Assembly: GCF_006345805.1 (NCBI RefSeq) | Contig: NC_042998.1 | Coordinates: 113,212,001-113,276,000 of the forward strand | From: Octopus sinensis | Lineage: Eukaryota | Direction of reading: 5' to 3' | Length of the DNA stretch: 64,000 nt | In this document: one piece after another, positions 11,409 through 22,215 of the stretch | Layout of the letters: each line of letters opens with the position of its first letter | Numbering within the stretch: the first letter of the stretch is position 1 | Program-made: the position numbers and the translations under genes | Notes under the pieces: generated by a model | What the model was told of the DNA's origin: nothing | Databases searched by the model: none | Seen by the model: only the letters and a program-made list of their open reading frames with translations

Positions 11409-13247
11409 ATGTATGGGACTGGCATCTTCATATATTGTTGATCCACTATTGTTCCACTTGTTCTTAAAGGCTGATTTGTAACCTTCATCTCACATCAATT
11501 GAGAAAGTTCAATATTTCAGACATCCCCCATGTTGTGGAAGCATTGCAGTTCTGAAACTTTGCTTTAGCATAGAGTTGCATAAATAATACGAAACCTATT
11601 TCCTATTGAGTTCCATGTTACATAGCCCAGTAGACTAGAAATAGTTTATTGGAAAATGGGGATGTATGCAGGTTTGACAATTTACATTTGAAATCTCTCA
11701 TTATATGGTAAAAAAGATCTCTGATGGAAACTAAAATATTGGTTGAAAAAGAAAGCAATTCATAATGTCTTAACGTAGCATTGACTCCTGATAGATATTG
11801 GAAGAAGCTTATTAATTTTGCAGTAAAAAAGCAGGTTAAAGACAATAAGATATAAGGACATCAGCAGTGAGAATCCGTTTGACCAAATGGGTCTTTTCAA
11901 AATATCTGCTACATTTTTCCAACAAAATATTTGTATTTTCTTTTTGCCATTCTGTCTGGGAAGAAATTGCAACAAAGTTTGTAAGGTTTCTGTTGGGTAT
12001 GTGTGGGAGATTTGTATGATTTAAAAAATTTTAAGATTTCATATAGTAGCTTGGGTTTCTACTATATGGATAGTTTAGCCAATGAGGGACTCTACATAAT
12101 TGCATGACTTGCTAAAAATGGTCACCAAATCTTCCTCAAATTACATCCCTCCATCTTGAAAAAGGAAGGGCACATTCAGTAGTGTAATGCCTTTAATCAC
12201 TGGCTCTGTTCAATCAAGGCTGTCTGGGTTAGATAACAACAACAGTGTTGCAGTTCTTATAATGAAAGAATGTGAATAAAATATTTGATGCAAGGTTTAG
12301 AGAAAGTAATATAGTATAAGTGGAGAGAAATAAAGAGGAGTGGACAAGATTTGGGTTTAGTGTCTGTGTAAATGATGAAATGCGACTTTAAGAACAATTA
12401 AACAATAATAGATTAACATCTGAGGATTTTCTACAAAGGACAGTTTGTAAATTTAGTTAGGACGGACACCAGTATTCAAAGAAAGAGTAGTGCCATTAGA
12501 TATAGAAATAGTAGTTAACAGTAAAGTATAAAGTGTATTTAGAACCTTATACTATCAAATCTATTCAGGTCTAAAACACTGAAGAGAAAGCAAAGTATTC
12601 TTTACATCTAGCCATGACAGCATTAAGATGACACTTCTAGCAGTGACCATGAAGATGCCTAGTTTTAAGAGATCTAGACTGAAAGAGACTAGAATTCTTA
12701 GAAACTGTAAGCTCTGAACTGTGATGTAAAACAAATGTTTGTAACATTTAAATGTTGTTACCTTGAAGTATTAGGTCATATTTGGAAATCTTGTAAAGAA
12801 GTGGGTGTTTGGTAAGAAAAAAAATGTTGATGTTTGCAGAGGACAGTTTGTAGGATTTAAAAACAAACTATGGACTGTAATGTAGTTAGTAAAGGAATGT
12901 TTGGGTTTTGTGAAAAAGAGAGATAGTTTGATAAATGACTAATACTTTGGAAGATATTTGAGATGGGCAGTTAGAAAGACTATTGATGTCACCACTAGCA
13001 AATGTTTAGCATGGAGTTTTGTTGGTGCAGTAAGTTTGGTTTCATTGTAATTTTTTCTGAGACTGGAGCCCATTTGTGTATTACATACAAGATGCTTTAA
13101 GAGGATGTTTTGTTTTGAAACTTACATTGGTCATTAATGATCAAGGTGCTGTAATTCAAGATATATTTATCATATAAGCTTTTGTTTGCTTTGTTATTTT
13201 ACTTTTTTATTAATAATCTGTATAACTTTTTTTAACATTTTTCACAG

Positions 13248-13393
13248 ATCTTACAAAAGTTTCTAGACAAACACAACGACAGCTATGAAGAGTATGTTTT
13301 CTCCCTGTGTATTTTCCTCTGCCACTATGCTGCCAGCTATGGAGAGCTGGCAGTTTATGATTCCAAAGAGAAAATTTGTCAGCAATTATTTAG
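13248..13393 (+). CDS. ZNF292-like: ZNF292-family exon 2 (N-terminal helical/TPR-like region)
   Basis: ttttcacag|...|gtaaat; 146 nt, phase 0 to 2; ILQKFLDKHNDSYEEYVFSLCIFLCHYAASYGELAVYDSKEKICQQLF; joins exon 3 in frame. Confidence 0.8.
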
Positions 13394-13591
13394 GTAAATA
13401 TTTTACATTTAAGTCTTCTTAATTCTTTTATTCTGTTTTGCTATTACCAGTGTAACATTGTTTCAACTGCAGTAACCACTGTTTAGTCATAAGTAAATTT
13501 AACTCAAAGATACTAAGGTATTATTTTGTCATTCTTGATAACATAAATTTTTCAAAGACCAGAATTTTTTAAGTAGTCTGACAACCAAGAA

Positions 13592-14135
13592 AGGAATAAG
13601 GGGTGTGCTGATCTCTAACTGTGGAGGGAACCTGTGATAGAGGTAGACCTAAGAAGACATGGGAAGAGGTGGTGAAGCATGATCTTCGAACTTTGGGCTT
13701 CATAGAGGCAATGACTGGTGACCAAGACCTTTGGTGATGTGCTGTGTTTGAGAAGACCCATCAAGTCAAGTGAAATTGTTGTCATGGCTGATGCTGGTGT
13801 CACATAACTGGCATATAAAAAGCACTTTTCGAGCATTGGGCCTCGCAGAGGCAAAGTGGTTGATGCCAGTGGCATGTGAAAAGCTCCTTTCAAGTGTTGG
13901 GCTTCACGAATGCAGTGACTGATACCATTGGCATTATCTTGTGCTTGAAAAGCCAAGTAAAATCACAGTCATGGCAGATACCGGTGTCACACAAATGATA
14001 CCTATGCCAGTGGCATGTAAAAGCACCCATTACATCCTCGGAGTGGTTGGTGTTAGGAAGGGCATCCAGCTGTAGAAACATTGCCAAATCAGACTGGAGT
14101 CTGGTGCAGCCTTCCATCTTGCCAACCCTGGTCAA
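13592..14135 (+). mobile_element. RTE-clade LINE 3' remnant with family B tail
   Basis: Decayed RT C-terminus (GRPKKTWEEVVKHDLRTLG..EAMT..DLW), then ggttggtgttaggaagggcatccagctgtag tail. Confidence 0.75.
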
Positions 14136-14772
14136 TGATGATATTGTGTATACCAAAATTTAATATCATGAGTGTTGGTGTACTTGCAATATTTGACTGG
14201 CATTTGTTTTTAGCAACACTAGAAAGATGAAAGGCAAAAATTAAATCCCATTAAGCATTTTATCTTCCACTCTACTGATTCTACTTTCTACCACTTTTTG
14301 AAAATGGTAGAATAAAATGTTCAGGATTGCTAATATTCAGTTCAAGCTTACACCAAGGTACAGAACAAAAGTGGGCAGTTTTGTTGAAAGTGTTTAGCAA
14401 AAACAACTCAAGTAAACATCTTTAGGCCAACAAATACAAATAAACTATTGAATGAGGTGAGCCTGAGCTTTCAGTTCATTTAGCTATATGCTAAACAGTG
14501 CAATGAAGCTTAGTAATATATTCTTTATTTCATCTGTGGCATTTGGCACAGTCAAACAGTGTTAGCAATCAACAGACATCATGGACTATTTAGAAGATTT
14601 CTTGAAAATAGTTAGATTCTGTTAAGCAGATTAATTAATTGTTGAATAGGGGACTGTGATATCCTGTGACCTGAATTTAAAACTGTAAAATGGGTGCATT
14701 TTAGCTGTCTGTCTGCACCTGTTTGTTGGTATTGGAATGAACAGTATATATAGAACTCAATACATGAGCTTC

Positions 14773-14838
<66 letters not shown>
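14773..14838. repeat. (GT)n(TA)n microsatellite
   Basis: Seen directly. Confidence 0.95.
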
Positions 14839-14842
<4 letters not shown>

Positions 14843-15036
14843 AATTGGCAAAAAGTTAGAAATGTAACTTGAAGACCAAGGGTTTTGTGCATGGTACTTT
14901 TCAAACTGGCCAGTTTGATAAGTGCCATGCACAAAATTCTTGGCCCTCTAGTCACTCTTGTAACCTTCTACTAGTTAAAATAGATGTGCACATACACACA
15001 TATGCACACAAGGCTGGTGATTCACTATCATTATTT

Positions 15037-15051
15037 ACACACACACACACA

Positions 15052-15120
<69 letters not shown>
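15037..15120. repeat. (CA)n(CT)n microsatellite
   Basis: Seen directly. Confidence 0.95.
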
Positions 15121-15123
<3 letters not shown>

Positions 15124-15868
15124 GACATGATGCATGAATCAGTAGTGTAATGTTTATGGTTGTGGAAATATGTTGTAAGAAGGTGTATTTATTATGTATG
15201 CATATAAGCCTAGCAGAGGTATCCTGGAAAAATGACTGCACTTATTTTGGATATGTCTGATGCAAGTATATGGTACAAGGGGAAGATAACTGCAATACTC
15301 AGGATGTTAGTTGTAAATGGATGGTGTAATAAAGTGTTGCAGCAAAACAGATCCCAATTAAAACTGCTAGGCCTTACAGAGGATAATAAGAGGTGATTGG
15401 AGATATACTGTTTCATATACCCACCTCAATTTGTTTATATTTCTTTGTAGATAGTAACAGAGCCAAGTAATAAAATTTGCACAATGTTCCAGATTTGCCC
15501 CTCACTGCTTTGGAAAGAGTTAGTTGTTTTGTGGAGGTTTTTCTTTCTTTTTTTTTTTTTTTTACCCTAATCTGAGGTCAACCCATATTTTGTGAATAAA
15601 ATTTGAAAGATAGGAAACTATAGAAACCCAGTAAATTGACTATACCTGTAATCAAATGGTCCAGCCTTGTTAAACAGTATCATGATGATTCTGCTTAAAC
15701 ATTAAGATGTAGAAGTGTCTGTAAAATATTCAGCCTCTTTAACACCCATCTCATTGAATAAGTTTCCAATTTAATCAAGAGAACTGCTGATTCACTGGAT
15801 TATAGTATAAGAGGCTGAATATTTCCAAACTGTATTCCTAAACTCATTTAGCTTCTCCTTTATTTCAG

Positions 15869-16089
15869 ACTATGTATTAAAGCAGTATTGGATGTCAAGT
15901 GGAGAGAATTATCTAATGAAAATACATGTCGGCAGAAGTTCCGAGAAACTGTGGATGCTGTCCACACACAACTGGAGCGGTTCAATTATGGTAAATTCCA
16001 GCTGATTAAGAAACTGATGGAGACCCACTGGGATCATCCAACTCTTAGCAGGATCATGGCTGGTGCTGATGATCTTGAAGAAAGTGAAG
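15869..16089 (+). CDS. ZNF292-like: ZNF292-family exon 3
   Basis: tttatttcag|...|gtaaat; 221 nt, phase 2 to 1; LCIKAVLDVKW...LERFNYGKFQLIKKLMETHWDHPTLSRIMAG resembles the family W-x-DPVLxxIL motif. Confidence 0.85.
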
Positions 16090-16550
16090 GTAAATTTATG
16101 TATCAATCAGTCATCTCAGAAGTTGTTGCCATATTTTGTACCATTTGATAAACTGTCTTTTTCATTCACATTTTAGAATTTGCATTCCAATTTAAATTTT
16201 GGATATGCAATCAATATTTTTGTAAAATGATTTTAAATCTCTTTAAACACAAAATAAATTAAAATCGCAAAAGAAATTCAAAAACTATTTTTTTATGCAA
16301 TATAACTTTACAATTTCAGAAATTGTATATAAATTAAGACTTTTTGTCCAACATTAAACTTAAACTTTTTATCAATTCAAAAAATATTAGATATTGTTTT
16401 GTATAAAATTTGCTTTTAATATATTAAAAAAAACTTGATTTAAATTTCAATAAGAATTATCTCTATTGGAATGTCTGGACAACATTTTAATTATAAAAAT
16501 ATTCCAAAGTTAAATGCCATTGGGTCTCATAATTTTTTCCTTTTCCTTAG

Positions 16551-16753
16551 TAATGGAATACTTTGCTGAAGAAGACCCCATGGTGCTAAAAGTCCGAGTT
16601 GAGATGCTGTTAGATGAAAATTGTGAAGAATTTGCCATGAATCTTTGTAGATGGTGTTTTCTTCATCCTGAACTTGCTGACAATGTACAGTTGCGTGAGA
16701 CTCAACTTTTAATGCTTTACCGTTCTGCAAATGTAGAAAAACTACAAGAGGAT
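16551..16753 (+). CDS. ZNF292-like: ZNF292-family exon 4
   Basis: ttttccttag|...|gtaagc; 203 nt, phase 1 to 0; MEYFAEEDPMVLKVRVEMLLDENCEEFAMNLCRWCFLHPEL resembles ZNF654 KYLSSENPLFFELRARYL...CINHPEI. Confidence 0.9.
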
Positions 16754-17963
16754 GTAAGCTGAAAAATATATTTGTTGTTTAACTTTTCTGTATATTTATT
16801 ATTGATGATGATGAATTAGTAAAATTGTCATAGTTTATGAATGAATCCTTTGTAATTGGAAAATTGTGAAAACTCTCTCAAAATCTCTGACATCTGTCAG
16901 TTTTGTTTTATATTGGCATTAGTTAAATACATAAAGCCATCATTATTAGTTTAGTTTCAATGACTTTTTCTAGAAAACTGGAAGAAATTTTATATCTCTG
17001 AGCATTATATTGGTGAAACTAGGCCAGAAGTCAGTGGTTAACTAGTACATGTGATCAATAAGCAATTAGAAATGTAAATTATCTTCATGTTTTTTTCTGT
17101 TAGGTTTACAGTATTGTTAATTTTCTGCAATATTTAAGGAAAGCACATTACTTTAATGAGGTACTTGTTTTCAATTTGCAGTCATATTTATTCCACTTTG
17201 ACAATATTCATTATTTTCAAATATCTATTCCATCTTAGTTTCAAATATCAAACTTTTGAGAAAAATAAAATCTATCAAAGACACCAAATGAGTTTATCTT
17301 TACTACCACTGAAAAACATATTCAGTCAGTATAATACTCTCTCTCACACACAGAATAATAGGGTCCCCAAACTCTAAAGGCCTCTCATGAGAAAGTGTGA
17401 AAAGCTGTATTAAACATTTATTAAATTTGAAAAAAATTGAAAAGGCATAAAAAAATACCAGCAAAGACAAGGAATTTGAGAACAGTGTGACTGTGAAAAG
17501 AAGCAATTGCAGTGATAAGATGTGCAGAGATTCACACAGCATCAAGTTTGACAGTAGCATAAACACACTCTAATGTCAGTAGGTCTTCTTGCTTCAGTCA
17601 GTCATATCAGTAACAGCACATATCACTCTTGATGTGAAGATACATTCTGTCGAACAAAAAAACATTAATTAGATCTTGGGGCCCATAGTGAATACATGAA
17701 GTTTATAGAAAATATTGATCATATTCTTAAGTGGTTTTGATTTTGGGTTTCTCTGTCCTTTTTCTTATTTAAGAGAAACTTTTGCAACAGTTAATTATTC
17801 ATGTAATTCTTCACTACATCTAATTTTCATACTTTCCTTTCTTTGTTACACTGCACCTTCTTTCCTTCCTTGATTATTTAGTTTATTAAAATCAAATTCT
17901 TTGATCTTTGAAAGACATACACTGTTTTTCTCCTCATGTTTTTTTCCCCTTTCTTCTTTTCAG

Positions 17964-18110
17964 TGTTCAAAGATCTCTTGTGAGATGGCAGTGCAAATCA
18001 TCAAGAATTTACAAGATTGTGAATCACATCAGGGATTTTGTGTGATGATAGCTCAAACATTTCTTGTGCAGAATTGGTTGAGAGGAGTATCTGCTGATAG
18101 TGGTACCAAG
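17964..18110 (+). CDS. ZNF292-like: ZNF292-family exon 5
   Basis: ttcttttcag|...|gtatgt; 147 nt, phase 0 to 0; CSKISCEMAVQIIKNLQDCESHQGFCVMIAQTFLVQNWLRG. Confidence 0.85.
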
Positions 18111-18475
18111 GTATGTTATGTTCTCACACCTGTGTAGGATTTTCTTGCATTTTATATATCATCATCATCATAACCATTTATTGTACATGTTACACACACA
18201 CACACACACATTGTATCATATATCTACTTTTCATATTGGCATGGGTTGATGAGTTGGAGAGGTCATCACAGTCCAAGTTAGTTATTCAGAGGTGTTGCTC
18301 TCTTTGAAAGGACAGAGGACCATGTCTCATTAAAATGTTTCATTTTTCAGCTTGGTTTCTATTCTGGTTGCCCTTCCTAATACCAATTACTTTATAGAAT
18401 GTTCTTGGTAGGTATTTAGTGGGATTGACTTATACACCATAAGTTTAGTCATCATCATTCAAATGTGTTATTTAC

Positions 18476-19319
18476 TCTGTGTTTGTGGCTGAGGAGGTAA
18501 ATAGAGAGATAACAATGGCAAAGGGTGAGTGAAAAAAAGGTGAGTAAGAGTATGGTGTTGGAAACAGATTGATTAGGACAGTAAAAGAAGTGACAGTGTA
18601 ATAGAGAGTAAAACGTATCTGGTCTGGGTTTGACTAGGGAGAAGAATTGTAAAGTTGTGGAGTTCTTTTCTTTTCCTGAAAGGAAGATTAAGTAAATTAA
18701 AATAGTTCAGCAGAGAATTGAAACCGTGTTGTGAGCTCATGGCACTAACCTCTTTTCAACATTGTTCATTGCTCCATCTTACAAACATCCATATATTACT
18801 TCCATTGTCTTATTTCTATGAAGGTTATACTGAAAGTAATACAGAAGTGAGCATGACTTTTTAACTGACGTAGATTGTTCAAATTAAACATGTTGGTCAT
18901 ACAAAGGAATTACTCAACATAGTCTCCACCACAATCAAATCATTTACACCATTGTTGAATCCAACCTTTGATTCCTCTTTGTAAAAATTCAGGTGTGGAT
19001 TCTTCACAGTCACTTTCACTTTATCTTTGTCATTACCTTGTCCATTAAGGCTGTCCTTTATTGGACCAAAAATTGTAAGATGGAGCAATGAACAATGTTG
19101 AAAAGAGGTTAGTGCCATGAGCTCACAACATGGTTTCAATTCTCTGTTGAACTATTTTAATTTACTTAATCTTCCTTTCAGGAAAGAAAAGAAAAGAAAC
19201 TCCACAACTTTTACTGTCCTAATCAATCTGTTTCCACCACCATACTCTTACTCACCTTTTTTTCACTCACCCTTTGCCATTGTTATCTCTTTATTTACCT
19301 CCTCAGCCACAAACACAGA
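18476..19319. repeat. Long inverted repeat (arms 18476-18784 and 19073-19319, 288-bp loop) in intron 5
   Basis: The right arm is the reverse complement of the left with 4 substitutions, a 5-nt indel and a 67-nt segment (18588-18654) present only in the left arm. Confidence 0.92.
18897..19139 (-). mobile_element. Tc1/mariner transposase C-terminal remnant
   Basis: LHLTIFGPIKDSLNGQ..DKVKVTVKN...FYKE resembles mariner SDYHLFGPLKxxLxG...EVKxAV...FYxxG. Confidence 0.55.
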
Positions 19320-19325
19320 AAAGTG

Positions 19326-20042
19326 ATGGTTGGATGCATTTTCTTGTGGCACCAACACTAGAGATGCTGAATAGTTGTTGATAAGACAGGACTCAAAGAC
19401 TTCACAATTCTACTGGAGGGCATCAGATCTGAGCTGTAACAGCGAACTAAATTCAATTTAGTTTACTAAGAAAATCAAAGAGAACGAACCTTTATCATCC
19501 TCCAAAATAACCATCATGACTTTCTTTGGCCAGTCACTGGCTCTTGAATTTCTTCGATCTTGGAGAAGTGTGACACTATTCCATGGATTGAGCTTCAGAC
19601 TAAAGAAGTGTTTCCAAATGCTTCCAGCTGACCAGAATAGACTTTTACCTTTCTCTCATTCAAATCTGGTGTCAACTGCTGAAGTACCCACTTAGCTCAC
19701 ATTTTCTGTTAACACAGTCTTACACCGACTTTTGCAATACATTGTGACTTGTCTGTCCATGCAAGTTAGTTCATCCACTCACTTTCATCCATGTCAGTGG
19801 ATCTCTATGCATTCATAAAATGCTCAACAACTTGATTTCTTACAAGCCAACAAAGGAACCTCTACCTAGTTACTTTACCTGCTAGAAATAACAATGAAAT
19901 TTTGCTCAGATCGCACCATCACAGACACTGCTCCCATACACTGGCTTGGTTTCTATGGTTGGATGCATTTTCTTGTGGCACCAACACTAGAGATGCTGAA
20001 TAGTTGTTGATAAGACAGGACTCAAGGACTTCACAATTCTAC
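19326..20042 (+). repeat. 88-bp direct repeat (19326-19413 and 19955-20042)
   Basis: atggttggatgcattttcttgtggcacc...cttcacaattctac occurs twice with one mismatch. Confidence 0.92.
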
Positions 20043-20292
20043 ACTTCCTCTGCTCATTTTTCAACCACTTTAGTAGGTACTGAGTGCATTTTTTGTGGAA
20101 CCAAAACTTGAGAGTTTGTCTTGCCTACCTTTAACTGTAGAGGAGGCACAATCAGAAAAGTGATAGTTTGCATCATGTCATTAGCACAGAAGGAAGAGTA
20201 CCTTCTGCACAGTGATTGTACAGAGTACTATTTTCAAAAAATATGGACTATTCATGTAGAAAAGCCTTTCAATATCAATAAGTTATGCTCAG

Positions 20293-20427
20293 TAAGGCTT
20301 TGTGATACGACTCCAATACTTGGTCGACGGTGATTTGGACAAGTTTTCTGACAGTGTTTGGGCCATTGCCAAACTATCACAACACACTGAACAAATAACA
20401 TTCCTTGTGGAGTCTCTACGAGAAGAG
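20293..20427 (+). CDS. ZNF292-like: ZNF292-family exon 6 (3' part and donor clear; 5' boundary uncertain)
   Basis: IRLQYLVDGDLDKFSDSVWAIAKLSQHTEQITFLVESLREE|gtattt resembles SKLQ...VFVDQCYQLL...IFPFMKIIKDE|; phase 0 into the next exon; in-frame TAA at 20293-20295. Confidence 0.7.
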
Positions 20428-20675
20428 GTATTTTTCTCTTGGATTATTTATTTATATGTACTCCTTTCATCATCATTTTAATGTCCACTTTTTCATGCTT
20501 GCATCAGTCGTATGGAGATTATTATGGAAGATTCTCTACTGTTGGATGCCCTTCATGTCACCAACCCTCGCCTGTTTTCCAGCAAGGTAATATTTCCCCC
20601 ATGACGAGACATGTTCTTGCAGAATACTGGAAATGAATGACAGTGATAATTGTTTTACAAATATTACATATTCGT

Positions 20676-20835
20676 GGAGGCGCAATGGCCTAGTGGTTAG
20701 GGCAGTGGACTCGCGGTCACAGGATCGCGGTTTCGATTCTCAGACCGGGCGTTGTGTGTGTTTATTGAGCGAAAACACCTAAAAGCTCTACGAGGCTCCG
20801 GCAGGGGTGGTATCCCTGCTGTACTCTTTCACCAC
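20676..20835 (+). mobile_element. Young tRNA-derived SINE (family C)
   Basis: ggaggcgcaatggcctagtggttagggcagtggactcgcgg...ggtttcgattc has A- and B-boxes, continues into a non-tRNA body and retains CpGs. Confidence 0.75.
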
Positions 20836-21236
20836 AATGGCGGGCCCCAAGCATGGCCACAGCTCAGGAGCTGAAACTGGAAAAACAAAAACAAACAAAA
20901 ACAACAATAGTTTCAAGACAAGACATAAACATACACACTAACACACAGATTTCTTTCAGTTTCTGTCTACCAAATCCACTCACAAGTATTTGGTCAGCCC
21001 AAGGCTATAGTAGAAGACACTTGCTCAAGATGCCATGCTGTGGGACTGAACCTGAACCCTGTAGCTGGGAAGCAAACTTCTTTGCACACAACCATGTCTG
21101 CGATTACCACTAATCTGTTTTTCTTTCTCTCACCCTCTCTCATTCTCTTTTCATTCCTTTATTTTTCTCATAAATTTTATTATTACAATTATTTCATATT
21201 TCCTACTTAACATTACATTTTTATTCTGTATTCCAG

Positions 21237-22001
21237 GCTGGAGATACATTTCTGCAATTGAACACCAATTTATGTATCTATGCTTTCAATTTGGACAAAG
21301 GTTGTTTAGAACAAGCTGTTGCAGATAAAGATATGGAGTTGATTCTTTGCCGAAATGTAGCACTTTCCAAAACCAGCCAAATGATCATGAATCTTTATGA
21401 TGGTCTCAGTCAAAAACTTGCTAAACTGTCAGGACTCACAGCTTTTGCTCTTGATCCTAGTGAAGAAAATTTTGAGATTGTCTACTCAATATTCCATTCT
21501 AATAATAATAACTCTAATTCATCTTCGTTGGGTGGCAGTAGCAGCCATCACAATGATATTGATGGTAGCAGCCCTAATAAGTATGTCAACAAACTTACTA
21601 ACATGCTTGATGGCTTGCATGTAAGTCCAACGAAAGAGGTGAAAAAATCCAAAGAGAAACAACGGACACAACGCAACCGGCACTCTATGTCCCATCGTAC
21701 TGTTGACAATGTGGAATACTGCAATTTGTCTGTGAATCCAGCCAATCTATATGAAATAGAACGACTGCTCAATAATATATGTCCGTTTCACCTGGATATA
21801 GAAATGTCATTTAGTGATTTGCATGCCATGTGTATGGAACATCTGACACAACATCAAGAAATGTTAATGGTTCTTCATGAAGAAAGCACTGATGAATGTA
21901 GTGAATTTTCTAACTTTGATGAAGAGCAGCCCCTCTCTGAAGCAGCAGTTCAGAATAATGAAATGGCTGCCTTTACTGAAAATGTTCTCAAGAAAATGTA
22001 A
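21237..22001 (+). CDS. ZNF292-like: ZNF292-family exon 7, first part (ends at a premature stop inside the duplication)
   Basis: ttattctgtattccag| acceptor; AGDTFLQLNTNLCIYAFNLD...LAKLSGLTAFALDPSEENFEIVYSIF resembles family ICVEICGCALQLD...RICALSIFFLERSLEAYRTVEELY. Confidence 0.85.
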   Translation, partial: AGDTFLQLNTNLCIYAFNLDKGCLEQAVADKDMELILCRNVALSKTSQMIMNLYDGLSQKLAKLSGLTAFALDPSEENFEIVYSIFHSNNNNSNSSSLGGSSSHHNDIDGSSPNKYVNKLTNMLDGLHVSPTKEVKKSKEKQRTQRNRHSMSHRTVDNVEYCNLSVNPANLYEIERLLNNICPFHLDIEMSFSDLHAMCMEHLTQHQEMLMVLHEESTDECSEFSNFDEEQPLSEAAVQNNEMAAFTENVLKKM

Positions 22002-22215
22002 ACTCTAATGTAATTTTTTCATAACCTCCTTCACAACCACATACAGCAAACAGCTTCAGTAACAACATGAAGAGCAGCCCCTCTCTGAAGCAGCAGTTCA
22101 GAATAATGAAATGGCTGCCTTTACTGAACAATGTTCTCAAGAAAATGTAAACTCTAATGTAATTTTTTCATCACCTCCTTCACAACCACATACAGCAACA
22201 GCTTCAGTAACAACA
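21919..22215 (+). repeat. 148-bp tandem duplication inside coding sequence
   Basis: atgaagagcagcccctctctgaagcagcag... starts at 21919 and 22067; copy 1 has a 1-nt deletion, a 1-nt insertion and a substitution. Confidence 0.95.

Noticed and set aside
20676-20750. tRNA gene
   Set aside because: A/B boxes are present but there is no complete cloverleaf, and it continues into a SINE body
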